This document shows positions 58,074 through 64,000 of a DNA stretch of 64,000 nt, one piece after another. The notes beneath the pieces were generated by a model, which ran no database searches, was not told where the DNA came from, and saw only the letters and a program-made list of their open reading frames with translations. Position 1 is the first letter of the stretch, and the number at the start of each line of letters is the position of its first letter. The stretch comes from an uncultured Candidatus Saccharibacteria bacterium. Its GTDB lineage: Bacteria > Patescibacteriota > Minisyncoccia > Phycocordibacterales > Zambryskibacteraceae. The position numbers and the translations under genes are program-made. The stretch spans positions 37,659-101,658 of the forward strand of contig CAYLHJ010000001.1 in NCBI GenBank assembly GCA_964383705.1, in the 5' to 3' direction.

Positions 58074-58490
58074 ATGTTGCTTCCTAAGAAAGTAAAATTT
58101 AGAAAATGGCACACGATGCGAAAAAACCCATCAAAGATTGGTGTGGCAACTCGTGGTGTAACGGTTGCTTTCGGGTCTTATGGCTTGAAAGCAGTTAGTG
58201 CCGCACGAATCAAATCTAATCAAATTGAGGCGGCAAGAAAGGTGCTTTCTCGCTCAATAGGTAAAACGGGAAAGCTCTGGATTCGTATTTTTCCTGATAT
58301 GCCGTATACTGCAAAGCCGGCTGAAGTTAAGCTTGGAAAAGGAAAGGGAGACCTACAAGGTTATGTCGCTCCAGTTAAGCCAGGGAGAATCCTTTTTGAA
58401 GTCGACGGTATTTTAGATGTGGAAGCTAAGGAAGCCCTTCGTAAGGCTGGCACTAAGCTTCCATTAAAAACAAAAATTGTTTCCCGATAA
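58074..58490 (+). CDS. rplP: 50S ribosomal protein L16
   Basis: WIRIFPD, GKGKG. Confidence 0.95.
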   Translation: MLLPKKVKFRKWHTMRKNPSKIGVATRGVTVAFGSYGLKAVSAARIKSNQIEAARKVLSRSIGKTGKLWIRIFPDMPYTAKPAEVKLGKGKGDLQGYVAPVKPGRILFEVDGILDVEAKEALRKAGTKLPLKTKIVSR

Positions 58491-58495
58491 ATTTT

Positions 58496-58681
58496 ATGAA
58501 AGATATTGTTCAAAAAGATGATGCGGATTTAAATAAAATGATTCTTGAAAAAGGAGATGAGCTCCGCAATTTTCGTTTTGCTATTTCTGGCAGTAAAACT
58601 AGAAATGTTCGTGAAGGACGTGCTCTCCGAAAAGTTATCGCACAAGTTAAGACGGAATTGTCTCGCAGAGCCAAATCATAA
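58496..58681 (+). CDS. rpmC: 50S ribosomal protein L29
   Basis: Operon position; LRNFRF...RKVIAQVKT. Confidence 0.9.
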   Translation: MKDIVQKDDADLNKMILEKGDELRNFRFAISGSKTRNVREGRALRKVIAQVKTELSRRAKS

Positions 58682-58686
58682 ATAGT

Positions 58687-58944
58687 ATGGATAACAAACT
58701 AACCGAAAACAAAATATCTCAAGGTAAGACTTTTAAGGGTCGAGTTGTTTCGAACAAAATGAAAGACACCGTAGTGGTCGCCGTTGAAAAGATTACAAAA
58801 CACCCACAGTATGGAAAGTTTGTAAAACACAAGATTCGAATGAAGGCGCATGACGCTGGAAATACATTAAACGTTGGCGATGTTGTCACAATTCAAGAAA
58901 CAAAACCGATTTCACGAGATAAGAATTTTATAGTTGTAAAATAA
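58687..58944 (+). CDS. rpsQ: 30S ribosomal protein S17
   Basis: GRVVSNKMKDT, HPQYGK, KPIS. Confidence 0.93.
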   Translation: MDNKLTENKISQGKTFKGRVVSNKMKDTVVVAVEKITKHPQYGKFVKHKIRMKAHDAGNTLNVGDVVTIQETKPISRDKNFIVVK

Positions 58945-58945
58945 T

Positions 58946-59317
58946 ATGATACAACCTCGCTCTATTGTAAAAATTGCAGATAACTCCGGTGCTAAAATCG
59001 GACGCATATTTAAAGTGCTCGGAGGGTCAAAGAAGCGTTACGCTCAGTTGGGGGATATGGTCGTACTCTCGGTCCAAACCGCTCAACCAAGAAAATCTAT
59101 AAAGAAAAAAGATGTTTTGTATGCGGTAGTCGCTCGTCAAAAGTTTCCATTTCGCCGAACCGACGGTTCTTATATCCGATTCGATGAAAATGCCGTAGTT
59201 ATTGTTGATAAAGCAAAACACGAACCGCTTGCTGGTCGTGTATTCGGTCCGATACCTCGTGAGTTGGGAGAAAAAGGGTTTCAGAAAATTATTTCTCTTG
59301 CTCCAGAAGTTGTATAA
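58946..59317 (+). CDS. rplN: 50S ribosomal protein L14
   Basis: ADNSGAK, FDENA, ISLAPEV. Confidence 0.95.
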   Translation: MIQPRSIVKIADNSGAKIGRIFKVLGGSKKRYAQLGDMVVLSVQTAQPRKSIKKKDVLYAVVARQKFPFRRTDGSYIRFDENAVVIVDKAKHEPLAGRVFGPIPRELGEKGFQKIISLAPEVV

Positions 59318-59322
59318 AAATC

Positions 59323-59634
59323 ATGAAAATCAAGAAAGAAGATAATGTCATAGTTATTGCCGGCAAGGATAAAGGGAAAACAGGGAAAGTTGTCCGCGCT
59401 TTTCCTCGCAAAAATCTCATTGTTATTTCTGGAATAAATTTGCGCAAAGTCCATAAACGACCGACCAAGAGTGGTCAGAAAGGCCAGATTATTGATCAGG
59501 CAGTACCAATGCATGTTTCAAATGTTCTTTTAGTTGACCCAAAAAATAATAAAGGAACTCGAGTCGGTTACAAAAACGTTGATGGAAATAAAGTAAGAAT
59601 TGCAAAGAAAAGCGGATCTACGATTGGTAAATAA
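59323..59634 (+). CDS. rplX: 50S ribosomal protein L24
   Basis: VIAGKDKGKTG, HVSNV. Confidence 0.95.
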   Translation: MKIKKEDNVIVIAGKDKGKTGKVVRAFPRKNLIVISGINLRKVHKRPTKSGQKGQIIDQAVPMHVSNVLLVDPKNNKGTRVGYKNVDGNKVRIAKKSGSTIGK

Positions 59635-59640
59635 TATTTT

Positions 59641-60186
59641 ATGAAGTCAATTCAGGAAAAAACAAAACATAGTTACGAAAGCCTCAAGGGAGATTTGGGT
59701 TATAAAAATCGTATGCAAGCGCCAAAGTTTTTAAAGGTGGTTATTAATGTGGGGACTGGTTCTTTTAAGGATAAGAAAAAAATTGAACTCGCCATTGATA
59801 GACTTTCAAAGATAACGGGCCAAAAACCATCTACAAGGGGAGCAAAACAATCAATTGCAGCTTTCAAGGTGAGACAGGGGGATCCGGTCGGTCTACAAGT
59901 TACTCTTCGTGGTAAGAGGATGTATGATTTTCTGGATAAACTCATAAATGTAGCCTTGCCTAGAACCAAGGATTTCCGTGGTATAGCAACTTCGGGTATT
60001 GATGAAATGGGTAATTATAGCCTTGGAATCAAAGAGCATTCCATCTTTCCAGAGACGACAGATGAAGAATTAAAGGATATTTTTGGCCTTTCTGTCACTA
60101 TGGTTACAACAGCAAAGAATAAAAAGGAGTTAGATTCGTTCTTGAAATCGTTAGATTTTCCCTTTAAAAAGGAAAAGGCTAAATAA
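59641..60186 (+). CDS. rplE: 50S ribosomal protein L5
   Basis: ITGQKP, VTLRG, LPRTKDFRG. Confidence 0.95.
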   Translation: MKSIQEKTKHSYESLKGDLGYKNRMQAPKFLKVVINVGTGSFKDKKKIELAIDRLSKITGQKPSTRGAKQSIAAFKVRQGDPVGLQVTLRGKRMYDFLDKLINVALPRTKDFRGIATSGIDEMGNYSLGIKEHSIFPETTDEELKDIFGLSVTMVTTAKNKKELDSFLKSLDFPFKKEKAK

Positions 60187-60218
60187 TCCTTTGATTTTCC
60201 AATAAAGCCTTTGTTTTA

Positions 60219-60247
60219 TTGACAATAGGGTACTCGCTTGATAGGAT
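60219..60247 (+). promoter_or_regulatory. Internal sigma70-type promoter upstream of rpsN
   Basis: TTGACA-17-TAGGAT with TG extension. Confidence 0.55.
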
Positions 60248-60291
60248 GGAACCCAAGCTTTTTATCAAAAGCTTTTCATTTTTTTTATAAA

Positions 60292-60477
60292 ATGGCCAAA
60301 AAATCGGTTATTGCAAGATCACTTAAGACTCCGAAATTCTCATCGAGGATAGTTCGTCGTTGTTTTCGATGTGGTAGAAAGAGGGCTTATATGAGAGATT
60401 TTGATCTTTGCAGAATCTGCTTCCGTGAATTAGCTAATGAGGGTAAGGTTCCTGGTGTAAAGAAATCTTCTTGGTAA
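60292..60477 (+). CDS. rpsN: 30S ribosomal protein S14, Zn-binding short form
   Basis: RCFRCGR...CRICFRE; 61 aa. Confidence 0.95.
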   Translation: MAKKSVIARSLKTPKFSSRIVRRCFRCGRKRAYMRDFDLCRICFRELANEGKVPGVKKSSW

Positions 60478-60481
60478 TTTT

Positions 60482-60871
60482 ATGACAGACCCAATTTCAG
60501 ACATGATAATTCGAATAAAAAATGCTGGCATCTCTCATAAGGAGACTGTCACTTTTCCATATTCAAATCTTAAATTTGAGATCTGCTCTATCCTTGAAAA
60601 ACAGGGATTTATTAAGTCTCACGCAAAGAAAGGTAAAAAAGTGGCTAAGTCTATAGAAGTCGGTTTGCTTTATGATGGTCCACATTCTCACATTCAGGGC
60701 GTGAAGAGAGTTTCTAAGCCATCCCGTCGTATTTATAAAAAAGTTTCAGATATTCGTCCTATAAGGAACGGTTATGGCAATATCATAATCTCAACCCCAA
60801 AGGGGCTTAAGACAGATGTAGAAGCTCGAAAGGAAAAACTTGGTGGTGAGGTTTTGTTTCAGATTTGGTAA
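60482..60871 (+). CDS. rpsH: 30S ribosomal protein S8
   Basis: DPISDM, SKPSRRIY, STPKG. Confidence 0.95.
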   Translation: MTDPISDMIIRIKNAGISHKETVTFPYSNLKFEICSILEKQGFIKSHAKKGKKVAKSIEVGLLYDGPHSHIQGVKRVSKPSRRIYKKVSDIRPIRNGYGNIIISTPKGLKTDVEARKEKLGGEVLFQIW

Positions 60872-60881
60872 TTTTAAATTT

Positions 60882-61415
60882 ATGTCTCGTATAGGAAAAA
60901 AAATAATTGAATTACCTGAGAAGACCGAAGTCTCTATTGCAGATGGTGTAATTAGTGTTAAAGGCCCCCTTGGAGAATTATCTCGAACAATTGGAAATAA
61001 TTTCCAAGTATCTTTAACTCCAAAAGATGTTACTATCGTGCCAAGTATTTCAGGGACGGAAGAAAAAGCTTTATGGGGGACTTACGCTTCCCATATAACA
61101 AATATGATTCTGGGGGTTAATAAAGCATTTGAGAAGAAACTAGTCTTAGAAGGTATAGGTTTTCGAGTTGAGGTAAAGGGTCAAGATCTTGTCCTCGCTC
61201 TAGGTTTTTCTCACCCAGTAACTGTTAGAATTCCGGAGGGGCTTAAGGTTTCAGTCGAAAAAAATGTTATTACAATTTCAGGTATAAATAAGGAAGAAGT
61301 CGGCAGTTTCACAGCCCTTCTCCGTGACCTTAAAAAACCAGAGCCTTACAAGGGTAAGGGTTTGAGATATGAAGGAGAAGTTGTGAAGATAAAGCAAGGA
61401 AAGAAATCTGCATAA
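60882..61415 (+). CDS. rplF: 50S ribosomal protein L6
   Basis: MSRIGK, LGFSHP, PEPYKGKG. Confidence 0.95.
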   Translation: MSRIGKKIIELPEKTEVSIADGVISVKGPLGELSRTIGNNFQVSLTPKDVTIVPSISGTEEKALWGTYASHITNMILGVNKAFEKKLVLEGIGFRVEVKGQDLVLALGFSHPVTVRIPEGLKVSVEKNVITISGINKEEVGSFTALLRDLKKPEPYKGKGLRYEGEVVKIKQGKKSA

Positions 61416-61420
61416 AGTTT

Positions 61421-61774
61421 ATGAGAAATATTAATCAAACAAGTCGAACAAAAAGAATACGCAGAAAAGCTCGTATTCGTTCAAAAGTGAAGGGGACAGA
61501 AATTCGCCCGCGACTTTCTATTTTCAAGTCTAACAAGTATATGAGTGCTCAAATTATAAATGATGATTTGGGAGCAACTCTTGTATCTGGAACCACAAAA
61601 ACTATCTCTGGTAAAAGCGAGCTTGAGAAGGCTCGGGCTTTGGGCAAAGTGATAGCAGAAAAGGCTTTAAAACAAAATATTTCTAAAGTTGTTTTTGATC
61701 GTGGTGGTTATATATATACAGGCAAAGTGAGTGCAATTGCTGAGGGTGCACGCGATGGCGGTCTAGAATTTTAA
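61421..61774 (+). CDS. rplR: 50S ribosomal protein L18
   Basis: RPRLS, FDRGGY, ARDGGLEF. Confidence 0.95.
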   Translation: MRNINQTSRTKRIRRKARIRSKVKGTEIRPRLSIFKSNKYMSAQIINDDLGATLVSGTTKTISGKSELEKARALGKVIAEKALKQNISKVVFDRGGYIYTGKVSAIAEGARDGGLEF

Positions 61775-61779
61775 ATATT

Positions 61780-62445
61780 ATGAATACTGATGAAAAAAAT
61801 AACGATGTAATAGATGAAGCAGCACCTCTTGAGAATAAAGAGGGGTCTATTGAGGGGAATGTTGATATTCAACATGAAGAATTGGTTCCGTCTCAAGAAA
61901 ATCTTTCTGTTGAAGTAAAGAAAGCTGATTTTCGGGCAAAAAATCCGCGAGACCATAAAAAAAATACTCGTCGTTCGACTAAAAAAGAAACACGAGCTAG
62001 ACCAGAATTTGATCACAAAACCGTGAGTATTCGCAGGGTAACTAGAGTTGTCGCTGGAGGCCGCAGGTTTAGTTTCTCCGTGACTCTTGTCGCTGGCAAT
62101 CACAAAGGTCAGGTTGGTGTTGGTCAAGGCAAAGCCGGTGACACCCCTCTTGCTATAGATAAGGCTCTACGTGATGCTAAGAAAAATATGATTAAAGTGA
62201 ATGCTACAAAAGAAATGTCTATACCTCATGAGGTTTATGCGAAGTATGGAAGTTCCAAGGTTGTTATTATGCCGGCGCCTGGGAAAGGTGTTCTTGCAGG
62301 AAGTTCGGTAAGGACGGTTTTAGAATTAGCGGGGTTGTCTTCTGTTAATGCTAAAATACTTTCTGGTTCAAAAAATCGCGCTAATATTGCCAAAGTGGCT
62401 GTTAAGGCTTTAGAGTCTCTTTCCCGAACAATTCATAAAGAATAA
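61780..62445 (+). CDS. rpsE: 30S ribosomal protein S5 (acidic N-terminal extension)
   Basis: RVTRVVAGGRRFSF, PAPGKG. Confidence 0.95.
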   Translation: MNTDEKNNDVIDEAAPLENKEGSIEGNVDIQHEELVPSQENLSVEVKKADFRAKNPRDHKKNTRRSTKKETRARPEFDHKTVSIRRVTRVVAGGRRFSFSVTLVAGNHKGQVGVGQGKAGDTPLAIDKALRDAKKNMIKVNATKEMSIPHEVYAKYGSSKVVIMPAPGKGVLAGSSVRTVLELAGLSSVNAKILSGSKNRANIAKVAVKALESLSRTIHKE

Positions 62446-62449
62446 AAGC

Positions 62450-62890
62450 ATGCAGATACACAATTTAAAAAGAAAAAATAAAAATAAAACTTCCTCCCAA
62501 GTAGGAAGAGGAGGAAAGCGTGGTAAAACATCTGGCAAAGGTACGAAGGGTCAAAATGCAAGAGCCGGTCGCAAGAAGCGCCCTGAAATCAGAGACGTAA
62601 TCAAGAGACTTCCGAAATTAAGGGGACGCGGGGTTTCTTCTTTGAAGAGCATTGTCCCAGCATTTTTTGCAGTAAATCTTCAAACTCTAAATAACGTTTT
62701 TTCTTCTGGTGATATTGTTTCACCTGCATCGTTGGTCTCAAAAGGGTTAGTCTCAAAATCATTAGGAAAGAATGTTAAAATTAAAATTCTAGGGAAGGAT
62801 GGTCTTGATAAGAAAGTTATTATTCGAGGGTGTGCGGTTTCTTCTACTGCAAAAGAAAAAATAATCTCACTTGGTGGCAGTGTATCATAG
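62450..62890 (+). CDS. rplO: 50S ribosomal protein L15
   Basis: GRGGKRGKTSGKGTKGQNARAG. Confidence 0.93.
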   Translation: MQIHNLKRKNKNKTSSQVGRGGKRGKTSGKGTKGQNARAGRKKRPEIRDVIKRLPKLRGRGVSSLKSIVPAFFAVNLQTLNNVFSSGDIVSPASLVSKGLVSKSLGKNVKIKILGKDGLDKKVIIRGCAVSSTAKEKIISLGGSVS

Positions 62891-62894
62891 CCAT

Positions 62895-64000
62895 ATGAAA
62901 ATCATTTTTGAAAAGATAAGAACAGTGTGGACTGATAGAATGCTTCGCCGACGTGTTTTGTTTGTTCTGGGCGCGCTTGCTCTTACTCGAATACTTTCAA
63001 TTATCCCAATTCCTGGGATTGATGTCTCTAGGCTTCAAAGTTTTTTTTCTGGAAGTGAATTTCTCGGTCTTTTAAACCTTTTTTCTGGTGGTGGTTTATC
63101 TAATCTATCGATAATTATGCTTGGTGTTGGTCCATATATTACCGCCTCAATAGTCATGCAACTTATGACTATCATTTTTCCTAAATTGAAAGAGCTTTAT
63201 CAAGAGGAGGGTGATGCTGGGCGAAAGCGATTTTCTCAATACAGTAGAATGCTCACGGTTCCACTAGCCGTTGTTCAAGGTTTTAGTTTCTTGACTCTTC
63301 TTATTCGTCAAAACGTGATTTCACCATTATCTCCATTTGAGATGGCGACGAATCTTTTAATTATTACTGCAGGCTCTCTTCTTTTGATGTGGATTGGTGA
63401 GCTTATTACTGAATATGGTATTGGAAATGGCGTTTCTATTATTATTTTTGCTGGAATAGTCGCTAGCCTTCCTCAAGCATTAAGCCAACTTCTTTTCACC
63501 TTTGAACCTTCTCAAATTCCACTATATATTGCTTTTATCGTAGCGGCCATAGCAATTATTTTTGGGGTAGTTGTTATTACTGAAGCGGAGAGACCAATAC
63601 CGGTAACATATGCTAAAAGGGTAAGGGGGTCAAAAACCTATGGCGGGGTTTCGACTTATTTACCACTTAGAGTTAATCAAGCCGGTGTAATCCCCATTAT
63701 TTTTGCTCTTTCTATCTTACTTTTTCCTCAACTTTTATTTAATTTTCTTTCAAATGTAGATAATGCTCTTTTGAAAACTATTTCGACATTTATACTCGGT
63801 ATTATTGCTAATCAGTGGTTTTATGCAGTTGCATATTTTTTCCTTGTGTTTGTGTTTACATATTTTTATACCGCAGTGACTTTTGATCCAAATCAAATTG
63901 CAACCAATCTTCAAAAAAATGGTGCTTTTATACCTGGGGTTCGTCCCGGCCAATCAACATCTGATTATATTGCGAAGATTTTAACCAGACTTACTTTGGT
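62895..64000 (+). CDS. secY: Preprotein translocase SecY (3' truncated by window end)
   Basis: Manual translation: IPIPGID, LGVGPYITASI, GIGNGVS, AGVIPIIFA, FIPGVRPG. Confidence 0.93.
   Translation, partial: MKIIFEKIRTVWTDRMLRRRVLFVLGALALTRILSIIPIPGIDVSRLQSFFSGSEFLGLLNLFSGGGLSNLSIIMLGVGPYITASIVMQLMTIIFPKLKELYQEEGDAGRKRFSQYSRMLTVPLAVVQGFSFLTLLIRQNVISPLSPFEMATNLLIITAGSLLLMWIGELITEYGIGNGVSIIIFAGIVASLPQALSQLLFTFEPSQIPLYIAFIVAAIAIIFGVVVITEAERPIPVTYAKRVRGSKTYGGVSTYLPLRVNQAGVIPIIFALSILLFPQLLFNFLSNVDNALLKTISTFILGIIANQWFYAVAYFFLVFVFTYFYTAVTFDPNQIATNLQKNGAFIPGVRPGQSTSDYIAKILTRLTL

Overview
Chromosomal window from a small-genome, AT-rich bacterium, most consistent with Patescibacteria/CPR (Parcubacteria-like). 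Supporting signs are the absence of rpmD/uL30 between rpsE and rplO, a VirB6-like membrane gene, a shortened trigger factor and a split ComEC; the genetic code is standard code 11. It carries housekeeping genes (rsmA, pcrA/uvrD, xer, xth, cca, rny, clpP, tig, nusA, tpiA, pgk, recJ, rnhA), four tRNAs, a parS cluster, a type IV pilus/competence set (pilB, pilC, minor pilins, comEC in two parts, comM, yraN) and the str-S10-spc ribosomal protein cluster ending in a partial secY. The most striking unexplained structure is a two-class gene architecture. The resident genes inspected have no Shine-Dalgarno (SD) and many look leaderless (-10 hexamer 6-8 nt before the start codon). In contrast, nine dispersed, visibly GC-richer orphan genes all carry an SD and mostly their own promoter and terminator, and two have a boxA-like leader motif. 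Three of these form a paralogous cassette array with conserved ends and divergent middles between fusA and tuf. Other candidates are an unannotated 36-aa basic peptide after rpmB, a 6S-like RNA upstream of rny, a second candidate ncRNA, and an S12 lacking the conserved Pro of the DLPG loop. All calls are by-eye motif recognition; no searches were run.
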